A DNA stretch of 64,000 bases from a virus (taxonomy: Duplodnaviria > Caudoviricetes), in IMG/VR virus record IMGVR_UViG_3300037851_000284, positions 32,001 to 96,000 of that record, one strand, 5' to 3'. This document shows, in pieces, positions 52,572 to 62,620 of this stretch; position 1 is the first letter of the stretch; each line of letters starts with the position of its first letter. A model generated the notes under the pieces. That model was not told where the DNA came from, made no database searches, and saw nothing but the letters and a program-made list of their open reading frames with translations. The position numbers and the translations under genes are program-made.

Positions 52572-54056
52572 ATGTCAAAGAAAAGAGTTCTCTTTGTAAG
52601 CGATAGCATAAAGAGAAAGACCGGATATGCTATTGTTGCGAGAAATATAATAAAAAATTTAGTACTAACCAACAAATATGAAATAGGACACCTTGGTTTA
52701 GCAGATATACCCACCCCTGTAGAATTACCTATTCATTACTACACTCAGTTAAAGGACCACAACGGATGTTGTAAGCGTGGGGTATTAATTGAACATGTAA
52801 ATAATACCATATCCCCCGAGATTAAATTCTTAGTACCACAACAGAACACAGGTATAGTAAATGAGCACCCAACTAAGGGGATGTGTATCAGGGGACCAAA
52901 TATTAATCAAGATCACTATGGATATGATTCGGTATACTACGTGATACAACATTTTAAACCAGATATAGTTATACCAATCAATGACCTATGGGGATTGTAT
53001 AATATTAATCATTTAAAAAACAGAAAGTGTTACAAGTTTATACCATATCTAGCTATAGATAGTGATTGTTTATTCCCAATATTACAACCACCAGAAGGAA
53101 GACAGGGACTTCCTCCGATTGATACTATTAGAACTATAGGAACCACAAATAAGACAATAGTATTTACTCAATGGGCTAAAGATGTAATAAACAAAACATG
53201 TAGAGTAGTAACTAATGGTAGAGAATTAAATAACATAGAGATAATATCTCATGGAGTAGATACTCAAATTTGGAAACCACTTCCAGAAGAAGAGAAGAAA
53301 GCAAACAGAGAGAAATACTTTGGTATAAAAGACAATACTTTCTTAATTGGGGCCGTTGCTAGAAACCAACCAAGAAAGAGACTAGACGCTATATTCATGA
53401 CTATGCGTAGATTCATAGATAAAAACTATGAAAAATACGGTAGAAAGATAATGTGTTATTTTCATTGCTCTTTAGAGGATGCTATAGGATGGGATTTACA
53501 GTGGATGTCTTCTTATTATAACCTAGTTGATAGGGTGATATTTGATAAGAATCTTAAACCAGGACTTGGCCCATCGGATGAGCAACTAAATCAAATAATA
53601 AATTGTTTTGATGCTCACGTATTATTTTCTAACTCTGGAGGATTCGAGCTCCCAATGCTAGAAACCGCCGCCGCTGGGATACCCAACCTTGTATCAGACT
53701 ATTCTGCTCACGCAGACTGGGGACGAGGAACCTTAATGTATGCAAGAATTGGGGCATTTGAACACGAACCAAGAACGGGATTCGTAAAAGGAATAGTAGA
53801 TATAGATAGTGCCGCCCACCAATTAAAGCTATTATATGACAGTAAAAAACTATGTGAAGACTATAGTAAAAGAGGAATAGCTTTAGCAAAGAAACTAGAA
53901 TGGTCTAATCTGTGTAAACAATGGGAAGATAGTCTAGATAAAGTGGACATATCTGATTTAGAAGAAGGAAGATATGAAAAGTCGGACGTATTCCCTAATG
54001 GCGAACCACCAAAACAAGATTTCTCACAATTTAACCTTCAACACTTTCCAGAATAA
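52572..54056 (+). CDS. GT-B glycosyltransferase (GT4-like)
   Basis: TGYA start, HGVD, VARNQPRKR, GGFELPMLETAAAGIP. Confidence 0.88.
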   Translation: MSKKRVLFVSDSIKRKTGYAIVARNIIKNLVLTNKYEIGHLGLADIPTPVELPIHYYTQLKDHNGCCKRGVLIEHVNNTISPEIKFLVPQQNTGIVNEHPTKGMCIRGPNINQDHYGYDSVYYVIQHFKPDIVIPINDLWGLYNINHLKNRKCYKFIPYLAIDSDCLFPILQPPEGRQGLPPIDTIRTIGTTNKTIVFTQWAKDVINKTCRVVTNGRELNNIEIISHGVDTQIWKPLPEEEKKANREKYFGIKDNTFLIGAVARNQPRKRLDAIFMTMRRFIDKNYEKYGRKIMCYFHCSLEDAIGWDLQWMSSYYNLVDRVIFDKNLKPGLGPSDEQLNQIINCFDAHVLFSNSGGFELPMLETAAAGIPNLVSDYSAHADWGRGTLMYARIGAFEHEPRTGFVKGIVDIDSAAHQLKLLYDSKKLCEDYSKRGIALAKKLEWSNLCKQWEDSLDKVDISDLEEGRYEKSDVFPNGEPPKQDFSQFNLQHFPE

Positions 54057-54943
54057 TGTCTAGAATAATATTCGTATCTGATTTCTTTCTAAGTGAAATT
54101 AGACGCGGTGCTGAAACATGTAACGACGCGTTACTTTATCATCTAAAAGATTATGATATAACTACAGTAGAATCAAGTAGTTTAAACTATATAGACTCTA
54201 CGAAATTTTATATCGTAACAAACTTCTGGAACTTACCAGACCAAGCAAAGAGCTCGTTGATTAAGTACAAAAACTATTTAATATACGAACACGACCATAA
54301 ATATATCAGAACTAGAAACCCGTATAGATTACCTAATGGACAAGAAAACCCAACAGGTATAGTACCGAAACACGAACTTATTAACGTAGATTTCTATAAG
54401 AATGCTAAGGTAGTAATATGTCAAACTAGGTGGCATGAGGAACAGATATTGTCCAATATAGAATGTATAACTACTAATATTCATGGGTCCTTTTATACAG
54501 AAGAAGATCTAGATTTATTAGAAAAGTACTGCGCCTATCCAAAAACTATAGATAAATATGCGTTTTTTAATGACGCAGAATTTATATATACTTCTAATGG
54601 AAGAATAATGCAACAAGGGGATAATATCAAGAATAAAAAGGGAGCACTAAGATACTGCATAGACAATAAGTTATCCTATATGCCCATTCCAAGAATAAAC
54701 AATAAAGAAAAATTCTGGGAGACAATTACTAAGTTTAAAAACTTTATATTCTTACCAGACATACCAGAGACTTGTTCTAGATTATTAATAGAAACCAAGA
54801 TGCTTGGATTAAACGTAATTACTAACAGAAACAGTGGAGCCTATTGGGAACCTTGGTTTAAACTAAATGGTAAAGAATTAACAAATGAATTTAGAAATAA
54901 TATAATACCTAATGCTATAAACAAATTCAAGGGATACTTATAG
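54056..54943 (+). CDS. GT-B-like glycosyltransferase
   Basis: GAE start, YEHDHKY, KNKKG, PETCSRLLIETKMLG. Confidence 0.7.
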   Translation: MSRIIFVSDFFLSEIRRGAETCNDALLYHLKDYDITTVESSSLNYIDSTKFYIVTNFWNLPDQAKSSLIKYKNYLIYEHDHKYIRTRNPYRLPNGQENPTGIVPKHELINVDFYKNAKVVICQTRWHEEQILSNIECITTNIHGSFYTEEDLDLLEKYCAYPKTIDKYAFFNDAEFIYTSNGRIMQQGDNIKNKKGALRYCIDNKLSYMPIPRINNKEKFWETITKFKNFIFLPDIPETCSRLLIETKMLGLNVITNRNSGAYWEPWFKLNGKELTNEFRNNIIPNAINKFKGYL

Positions 54944-55380
54944 TGAAACCAATACTATTTGCCACTACCTATAAAGGAAATAAGATTTATATAAATGCTA
55001 ACTATGTGATAGGATTTCAAGATTGCGATACAAACACCGTAAATTTACACACAATCATAAAAACAGTTGAAGGAACTACCGACTATGCTACAGAAACACC
55101 AGAAGAAATATATAAAATTATAAACGATTGTCTACATCGGAGCGAAAATGATATACATATTAGTTGAACAAACATTAAATGGTACAGTAACAATGAATTC
55201 TCAAATTTCTGGAATAAAAGCTAAATCATTCAATGACGCAGTAAGAAAGCTACTATCCTTACAAACTATGAGCAAAGCTAAAGATATTAAAAAGAGTAGC
55301 AAAGAATTAACATTTGTTATTGAAGGAGAACTATTTAACACAGCGGGAACGATGAGTAACCAACCGTTAAATATTATAAT

Positions 55381-56154
55381 ATGATAAAACTACCAAATCT
55401 GTCAGTGGAACAAACATTAGAAATAATTCCTAATAAAGTCATATTATTAGGTTTTGTTGGAAGCATCGCACACGGCACATATGTACCAAAGAACGACCCT
55501 AATTCTATAGACGATAAAGACATACTAGGTATTTGTGTAGCGGATAAGTCTGTATATCTAGGATTAAAAACCTTCGAACAAAAGGAATGTAAAAAAGGAG
55601 AATGGGATTCAGTAGTATATGAAATTAAAAAATTCTTTAGCCTATTATTAAAACAGAATCCTAATGTAATAGGACTGCTATGGCTGCAGGACAAAGATTA
55701 CATTCACATATCAAATAATGGAAGATTAATACTAGATAATAGGGACCTATTCGTATCGAAACTAGCATACCATTCATTTATTGGGTATGCTCATGGGCAA
55801 TTACATAGAATGACCAATGGAGCTTTTGAAGGGTACATGGGCGAAAAACGTAAAAAATTGGTAAAACAGTTTGGTTTTGACACGAAAAACGCCAGCCATC
55901 TAATTAGGTTACTACGAATGGGAATAGAGTTCCTAACAGATGGGAGACTGAATGTATTTAGGGAAGATGCTTCAGAACTAAAAGACATTAAACAAGGAAA
56001 ATGGTCTTTGGAAAAAGTAAAAAAAGAAGCAGAATCACTGTTTACACTAGCCAGAGAAGCATATGTAAGGTCTAATTTACCCGAAAGACCAAATTATAAA
56101 AAGGCCGAGGAGATATTAATTCATATATTAGAAAAAGAGATTGTTAATGCCTAA
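55381..56154 (+). CDS. Pol-beta-fold nucleotidyltransferase (YcgL/RlaP type)
   Basis: GSIAHGT...DDKDILG...YEIKKF..L....NPN...K.ASHLIRLL. Confidence 0.85.
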   Translation: MIKLPNLSVEQTLEIIPNKVILLGFVGSIAHGTYVPKNDPNSIDDKDILGICVADKSVYLGLKTFEQKECKKGEWDSVVYEIKKFFSLLLKQNPNVIGLLWLQDKDYIHISNNGRLILDNRDLFVSKLAYHSFIGYAHGQLHRMTNGAFEGYMGEKRKKLVKQFGFDTKNASHLIRLLRMGIEFLTDGRLNVFREDASELKDIKQGKWSLEKVKKEAESLFTLAREAYVRSNLPERPNYKKAEEILIHILEKEIVNA

Positions 56155-56887
56155 AGATTATAGTATTATAATAGGAGTATATGCCGGTATAAATTGGTTA
56201 TCTCAGATTATTGACTCTTGTTACCGTCAGTGTATATCTCCTAACAACATATACTTATGGATTAATAAAAATCCAGATCAACCTATTAGTATAGATACCT
56301 TGCAACAAAAATATTCTGATATAAGAATTATATTGAATAATAGGAATCTTGGAGTATATAGCCGTTTTAGCGCAGCTATGTTAGATAACTCAAGTAGATA
56401 TCTAATCTTAGACGATGATACAATTCCTGCATCTAATTGGATAGGTAATTGTTATGATACACTAGAAGTAGTAGGAGAGGATGCCATTCTAGGATATAGA
56501 GGCATCAGATTAAAACCTGACGCATTATATGATGTGGAAGCTTATGAAAAAGGAACTCCAGAAATAACAGAAGTAGACCTAGTTGGTCACGCGTGGTTTG
56601 TAAAAAAGAAACATATTCTAGCAATGTTTGAAGACCAGCCAGTTAATTATTTTAATGGAGAAGACACGCACTTAAGCGCAATTAACCAAATAAAATACGG
56701 AACAAAGACTTATGTTCCAGCACAACCATTATCAAAACCTAACTCGTGGGGATCAATTAAGCAGCATCTAGGAGCACAAGCTGGAAGATTATCAACAAGC
56801 TTGGGACCTTCTGAGCATTTTAAACAGAGACAAGAAGTTAATAGTTATTGGATAAGTAAAGGCTGGAGACCATTATATGTCAGATAG
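56147..56887 (+). CDS. GT-A glycosyltransferase (GT2-like)
   Basis: NLGVYSRF, ILDDD, GED.HLS. Confidence 0.8.
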   Translation: MPKDYSIIIGVYAGINWLSQIIDSCYRQCISPNNIYLWINKNPDQPISIDTLQQKYSDIRIILNNRNLGVYSRFSAAMLDNSSRYLILDDDTIPASNWIGNCYDTLEVVGEDAILGYRGIRLKPDALYDVEAYEKGTPEITEVDLVGHAWFVKKKHILAMFEDQPVNYFNGEDTHLSAINQIKYGTKTYVPAQPLSKPNSWGSIKQHLGAQAGRLSTSLGPSEHFKQRQEVNSYWISKGWRPLYVR

Positions 56888-58649
56888 TTTAAGAGTAGCA
56901 GATTATATAGTGCAACGATTAGTAGAACATGGTATAACACATGTTTTTACTATAACTGGTGGCGGAGCTATGTATTTAAACGACGCCTTTGGTAAGAATA
57001 AAAACATTATGTGTATATATAATCATCATGAACAAGCTTGTGCTATAGCAGCCGAAGGATATTTTAGATCTACAGGGAAGATTTGTGCTGTATGTATTAC
57101 TACCGGTCCAGCTGGATTAAATACTCTTACTGGAATAATGGGACAATGGACTGATTCCATTCCGGTAATATATATATCAGGACAGGTTAACACTAATTTA
57201 ATGATTTCTTCGTATAATAATAAACTGAGGCAATTAGGTGATCAAGAATGTAATATCACAGAAATAGTTAGGTCACTAACTAAGAGCGCAGTAATATTAA
57301 AGAATCCTACTTATTGTAAGTCGGTAATAGATAATGCTATAGCAACTGCTACGAGTCCGAGGATGGGTCCAGTTTGGATAGACATTCCTTTAGATATACA
57401 AAAACAAGTAATAGACTCTTCCGAGTTAACAGAGATAAAAGAAGTAGTAACTCCAGTGAATGTTGATTCTAAATCAATAAAATATGTGACATCAGCGATA
57501 TTAAAATCCAAGAAACCACTAATAATAGCTGGTCACGGAATTAGGTTATCAAACAGTCTAGAGTTATTCAATTCCTTTATATCAAATGCCAAGATACCAA
57601 TAGCTACAACCTTTAATGGGTTTGACCTAGTTCAAGAAGATAACCCATTATATATAGGGAGAATAGGAACTATAGGACAACGCGGAGCTAACTTTTCGTT
57701 ACAGAACGCAGACTTAGTATTATTTCTGGGGACTAGAAATAATCTGAGACAAATAGGATATAACTGGAATACTTTCGCTAAGAAAGCCACAAAGATAGTA
57801 GCAGATGTGGATGAGTACGAATTAAATAAACCAACAGTTAAGCCAGATATTGGTATTAGAATGGATATAAATCTATTCTTAAAAGAATTACTAAAGGAAC
57901 ATATTAAATTTGAGTCTAATGATTGGTTAAATTGGTGTAAAAAATTATATAATAAATATCCTGTAATGTTACCTGAGTACGATAAATGTTTTCCTCTGAA
58001 CCCATATAAGTTTTCTAGAATTCTATCAGAAGAAGCAAAAGATTCCATAATAATATGTGGTAATGGTTCTGCTTGTGTCTGTATGTTTCAAGCAGGAGTA
58101 GTTAAAAATAATAATAGATTTTTCTGGAACGCTGGTTGTGCATCAATGGGTTATGATCTTCCAGCAGCCATAGGAGCAAGTATAGCTAATCCAGATAAGC
58201 ATGTGATATGTATAACTGGAGATGGTAGTATAATGATGAATTTACAAGAATTACAAACTATAAAAAATTATAAACTACCAATAAAGATATTTATATTAGA
58301 TAATTCAGGATATCATTCTATCAGACAGACTCAGAAAGCATATTTTGGAGAAGAGATATTTGGATGTGATAAGTATTCAGGAGTAGAACTTCCAAACTTT
58401 AGAGATATAGCTACTGCTTTTAAAATTGATTCGTGGATAATAAATAGTCCAGAAAGGTTGAATTCATCGATTAACGATGTGCTGTCGTGTTCTGGACCAA
58501 TTATATGCAAAGTCACAATACCAAATGACTATTCGTTCTCTCCAAAATTGGCACCTAGAATAAAAGACGGAATAATGGTGCCTTCTTCTATAGAAGATAT
58601 GTGTCCGTTTTTAAGTGAAAAAGAAATGAAAGAGAATATATATGAATAA
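56877..58649 (+). CDS. ThDP-dependent enzyme (acetolactate-synthase-like, YerE type)
   Basis: HHEQAC, TTGPAG.N, SGQV, ASMGYDLPAAIGA, ThDP motif GDGS...NLQEL...LDN. Confidence 0.9.
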   Translation: MSDSLRVADYIVQRLVEHGITHVFTITGGGAMYLNDAFGKNKNIMCIYNHHEQACAIAAEGYFRSTGKICAVCITTGPAGLNTLTGIMGQWTDSIPVIYISGQVNTNLMISSYNNKLRQLGDQECNITEIVRSLTKSAVILKNPTYCKSVIDNAIATATSPRMGPVWIDIPLDIQKQVIDSSELTEIKEVVTPVNVDSKSIKYVTSAILKSKKPLIIAGHGIRLSNSLELFNSFISNAKIPIATTFNGFDLVQEDNPLYIGRIGTIGQRGANFSLQNADLVLFLGTRNNLRQIGYNWNTFAKKATKIVADVDEYELNKPTVKPDIGIRMDINLFLKELLKEHIKFESNDWLNWCKKLYNKYPVMLPEYDKCFPLNPYKFSRILSEEAKDSIIICGNGSACVCMFQAGVVKNNNRFFWNAGCASMGYDLPAAIGASIANPDKHVICITGDGSIMMNLQELQTIKNYKLPIKIFILDNSGYHSIRQTQKAYFGEEIFGCDKYSGVELPNFRDIATAFKIDSWIINSPERLNSSINDVLSCSGPIICKVTIPNDYSFSPKLAPRIKDGIMVPSSIEDMCPFLSEKEMKENIYE

Positions 58650-59457
58650 CTTAGAACAAAGAATGGTGTCCCTCTTAAATAACCTAAAAAATAATCATGG
58701 GGTAATAGGAGTTAAAGCAGAATTTGAAGCTGAGGGTACTAGATTAGAGGAAGCTTTAAGATTAAAAGAAGTTGTAACACAAGCCAACCTAGATTTAACT
58801 ATTAAAGTTGGAGGCTGTGAGGCCTTAAAAGATATGTTTGATGCTAAATCTATAGGTGTTACTCAAATAGTTGGCCCAATGATAGAGTCAGCATATGCTT
58901 TGAAAAAATTTATAAAGGCTTGCAAAATATGTTATGTTGGAGAAGAACAATATCATGTAAACTTTTTAATAAATATAGAAACAAAGCTCGGAATAAATAA
59001 TATAGAGAGTATTTTATATTCTCCGGAAGTAGAAGATTTAGACGGAGTAACTTTAGGAAGAGTTGATTTAATTGGTTCTTTGGGTAGGGAAAGAACTTAT
59101 GTAAATAGTGACGAAATAATGTCTTATGCAAAAAAAGCATTTTCGTTATGTAAAAGAAAAGGTATTCTATGTACAATTGGAGGAGGAATAGACAAGGACT
59201 CTATTCCGTTTATTAGAGAATTATTTGTTGAAGGATTATTACATAGATATGAGACAAGAAAAGTAATATTTGATTGCGATGTTGCCTTAAGAAATAAACC
59301 AGAAGAAGGTCTATTAAAAGCAGTGAGTTTCGAACTTATGTGGTTGAAAAACAAATGTAATTTCTATAAGTCTATTCTGGATGAAGATTCTACAAGACTA
59401 CAAATGCTGGAAAAAAGATATAATTGCCTATTAGAAAAGATAGGATACCTAGCATAA
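58642..59457 (+). CDS. HpcH/HpaI aldolase/citrate-lyase family protein
   Basis: KAEFEAEG, KVGGCEA, PMIES, INIET, GRVDL. Confidence 0.8.
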   Translation: MNNLEQRMVSLLNNLKNNHGVIGVKAEFEAEGTRLEEALRLKEVVTQANLDLTIKVGGCEALKDMFDAKSIGVTQIVGPMIESAYALKKFIKACKICYVGEEQYHVNFLINIETKLGINNIESILYSPEVEDLDGVTLGRVDLIGSLGRERTYVNSDEIMSYAKKAFSLCKRKGILCTIGGGIDKDSIPFIRELFVEGLLHRYETRKVIFDCDVALRNKPEEGLLKAVSFELMWLKNKCNFYKSILDEDSTRLQMLEKRYNCLLEKIGYLA

Positions 59458-60422
59458 TGAATACTATAGTTATTACTGGATACAGAAGACCAGAGCTATT
59501 TAAGATACAATGTAATCAATTACTTAAAGAAAAAGAGGAATTTGATAAGTATAAATTACATTTGTTTCTAGACTATGGTTTTCATCCGGATTATTATAAA
59601 GTTATATCTTGGTTAAAGACTCTACATAGAAATATAAAACTAACTATTAGGACAGAGGAAGAATCAAAGAAGTCTCCTCTACCGGCTTTTTACAACATAA
59701 TGGATTCCTATCGTGCAGCAGTAGAGGAATCTGACGAATTTGTTATAGTAATGGAAGAAGACATGATAGTAACTCAAGACTATCTAAGATTTAACCGAGT
59801 GTGCTATGAGTTATTCTTGAGCAAATATTCTAGAATATTCTGTGTATGCCATAAAAGGCGCCCAGAAATCGAACTAAAAGGTAATATAAATATACTAATA
59901 GGAGATTATCAGCTGACGTCTCCTTCGTGTGTATCAGTAAAAGTTATCAAAGAATTAATGATACCTACAATGAGCAATCCTTTGTTCTTTGCTAATCCTA
60001 TATACTACAATCAGATGTTCTTCACTACGTCAAAAAACAAACCAGATGTACATATACATCATGATGGTCAGATAGAACGAATAGCCGAGATAAATAATAT
60101 GTTTAGCATTAAACCTGACCAAACTAGAAGTATGCACGTTGGTGTTGGTGGTCAGCATAGCGGAAGTAAATACACCATAGATGGTTCTTTAAACGATAAG
60201 GTGGCAAAATATTATGAACTAATGAGTCTAGGAACAGAAGAACTACGAAAATATGCAGAGAACTTTAAAGAGGATATAGTTGTAACAAACTTAGACAATG
60301 AGACTTGGGATAATTTAATACTTGACCCAACTAGAACATTATCCAAAGCCAGTTCATGGCACTATGATGAGGATAATGAATTTGAAAGATATATAGATGA
60401 AAAAAATAACAAACGATTATAA
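59457..60422 (+). CDS. GT-A-like glycosyltransferase
   Basis: RPE start, VIVMEED, HVG. Confidence 0.65.
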   Translation: MNTIVITGYRRPELFKIQCNQLLKEKEEFDKYKLHLFLDYGFHPDYYKVISWLKTLHRNIKLTIRTEEESKKSPLPAFYNIMDSYRAAVEESDEFVIVMEEDMIVTQDYLRFNRVCYELFLSKYSRIFCVCHKRRPEIELKGNINILIGDYQLTSPSCVSVKVIKELMIPTMSNPLFFANPIYYNQMFFTTSKNKPDVHIHHDGQIERIAEINNMFSIKPDQTRSMHVGVGGQHSGSKYTIDGSLNDKVAKYYELMSLGTEELRKYAENFKEDIVVTNLDNETWDNLILDPTRTLSKASSWHYDEDNEFERYIDEKNNKRL

Positions 60423-60607
60423 ATATATAATTGAAGATCTAAAACAATCAGTGCGACGACTTATAGTAAATTATTCAGATGGATTTAGTAAGAATTATAT
60501 AGAGAACTTAATATTTAGATCACATAGTTGTGTGGATTATATAAAAATAAACAAGAACAAAACAAAGTTTAAAGTCAAGGGACTACAGGGATATATCAAT
60601 ATAACAC

Positions 60608-61384
60608 ATGAAAACATTTAGAGGAGACCTAATAAAATTATACAACCATCTTAAAAAAGACGAACCTTTTGCCTTTAACAGATTCTCAGATGGTGAAGAA
60701 TTTATATTACAGAACAAATATCTAGAAATAAATGATTCTCAAGTTATAGCTGGAGAGACCGTATTTAATAAAGGGTTCTCAAAAGAAGACCATAAAGTAT
60801 TCGATCCTGAGAAACATCAATGGTTTAGAGAAAGACTTTTACAGGCCTTCTATTGGGAACAAGATAGATATTATAAAGGTATACCCTGTAGATGTTGTGT
60901 TGGAGAAGAAAGATTTAAGTACCTATATAATCTAGGTAATAGTGATAAAAATCAATACATTACATGGGCTAATTTATTAGTAAATGGTAACTATTCTTTT
61001 TTTATAGATACTTTTATACCTGAGTTTGCTAAAAAAGATGTTGTAATTATATGTAATCATAAAGCAAATATACAAAAACTTCCATTTAAAGTAGTAAAAG
61101 ACTTCAGAGTTGGTGATAATTGTATGATTAATGATTATAATATAATAGAAAAAATTAAAGAATTTACTGGACAAACCGATGGTAATTTATTATATTTATT
61201 CTCAGCATCAGCCCTAAGCAAAGTAGCAATACATCAATTATTCAAATTTAATAACAAAGGTTTTTACATGGATATAGGAACAACCCTAAATTACTATCTA
61301 GATATGTCATTGGACAGAGACTATCTTAAGAATAAATGGCTTGGAACTAACTACGATATGGGAAATAGAATGTGTATATGGTAA
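60608..61384 (+). CDS. GT-D-fold-like glycosyltransferase-related protein
   Basis: RFSDGE ... LFSASALSK ... MDIGTTL. Confidence 0.65.
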   Translation: MKTFRGDLIKLYNHLKKDEPFAFNRFSDGEEFILQNKYLEINDSQVIAGETVFNKGFSKEDHKVFDPEKHQWFRERLLQAFYWEQDRYYKGIPCRCCVGEERFKYLYNLGNSDKNQYITWANLLVNGNYSFFIDTFIPEFAKKDVVIICNHKANIQKLPFKVVKDFRVGDNCMINDYNIIEKIKEFTGQTDGNLLYLFSASALSKVAIHQLFKFNNKGFYMDIGTTLNYYLDMSLDRDYLKNKWLGTNYDMGNRMCIW

Positions 61385-61767
61385 ACAAACTAAGAATGTT
61401 GCATGTTAGACAGAATTATGACCGAGGGGAATTCATAAGAAAACTTCGAACGAATCCAAAACTAAGAAAGTGCTGGATAGAAAAAGCTAACATAACCCCA
61501 GAACAACAAATAGAATATATGAAGAAACACGGAAACGATTATTATGTCTGTATAGATAATGATGATAATATGTTAGGATTCGTTGGAGTAGTAGATAAGG
61601 ACTTAAGAATAGCTACCTTACCAAAGTATCAGGGATCAGGAGTAGGTAAGTTCATGATGGCGTTTATAATACAGCACTACGAATTTAAAATAAAGGTCAG
61701 AAAAAGAAACGTGGTTGGACAAAGATTCTTTTATGACTGTGGCTTACCTTTTGATATAGTGGAGTAA
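61372..61767 (+). CDS. GNAT acetyltransferase
   Basis: PKYQGSGVGK acetyl-CoA motif; N...QRFF. Confidence 0.75.
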   Translation: MYMVNKLRMLHVRQNYDRGEFIRKLRTNPKLRKCWIEKANITPEQQIEYMKKHGNDYYVCIDNDDNMLGFVGVVDKDLRIATLPKYQGSGVGKFMMAFIIQHYEFKIKVRKRNVVGQRFFYDCGLPFDIVE

Positions 61768-61769
61768 TT

Positions 61770-62417
61770 ATGACAGTAAAAAGTTTACTTTATAACCCAT
61801 TTTTAGTAGTAAAAAGATTCGAAGAAGAACTATCTAGATATACAAATTCTCCTTTTGTGGTAGCGGTAAATTGTTGTACTAATGCGCTATTTCTATGCTT
61901 TGAATATGCCAAGAGAAATATAGTAGATAAGTCACCCCTAGATTTACCTATTATAACTGTACCAAAAAGAACGTATTTATCAGTACCACAATCCATTATG
62001 CATGCTGGATTCAGAGTTAAGTTTGAAGATATAAAATGGTCTGGAGCATATCAATTAAAGCCTCTACCAATATACGATTCAGCAAAAAGACTAACATCAG
62101 ATATGTATATAAATAATAGCCTTATGTGTCTTTCTTTTCATATAAAGAAGCCATTACCGATAGGAAAAGGAGGAGCCATTTTAACGGATAACTACGAAGC
62201 ATACGAGTGGTTTAAAATGGCTAGATACGAGGGTAGGCACGAGATGAATTATAAAGAAGACGATATAACTTTTAATGGTTGGAATATGTATATGGGACCA
62301 GAGGACGCATCTAGAGGGTTAAATCTATTAATGAATTATCCAAAAGATGTACCCGACCAAGAAGAGCTTGGAGGCTACAGAGACTTAACAGAATTCACCT
62401 TATTCAAAGGAATGTAA
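61770..62417 (+). CDS. short DegT/DnrJ/EryC1/StrS aminotransferase
   Basis: FEEEL, AVNCCTNALFL, DSA, SFHIKK...GKGG; lacks usual C-terminal domain. Confidence 0.8.
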   Translation: MTVKSLLYNPFLVVKRFEEELSRYTNSPFVVAVNCCTNALFLCFEYAKRNIVDKSPLDLPIITVPKRTYLSVPQSIMHAGFRVKFEDIKWSGAYQLKPLPIYDSAKRLTSDMYINNSLMCLSFHIKKPLPIGKGGAILTDNYEAYEWFKMARYEGRHEMNYKEDDITFNGWNMYMGPEDASRGLNLLMNYPKDVPDQEELGGYRDLTEFTLFKGM

Positions 62418-62620
62418 TGAAAACCAGAGCAAAGTATAAAGAAATAGAAGTAGATATTCCAGATGAGCTATTCTTAAAGATAGCAAAAAGGGCTCACGAA
62501 AGGAATATAACATTTAATAAGATGGCAAATATACTAATTAAGGAACACATAGATGAACTCAGAAGAAATAAAAAAGATAGTAAACCAAAACATACAAAGA
62601 AAAACTTGGATAAAAGGTAA
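62417..62620 (+). CDS. small ribbon-helix-helix-like protein
   Basis: VDIPDELFLKIAKRAHERNITFNKM. Confidence 0.55.
   Translation: MKTRAKYKEIEVDIPDELFLKIAKRAHERNITFNKMANILIKEHIDELRRNKKDSKPKHTKKNLDKR

Noticed and set aside
56877-58649. Branched-chain amino acid biosynthesis (ilvB) as an auxiliary metabolic gene
   Set aside because: No ilvN/ilvC/ilvD nearby; the context is entirely nucleotide-sugar genes, so a sugar-branching role is preferred.
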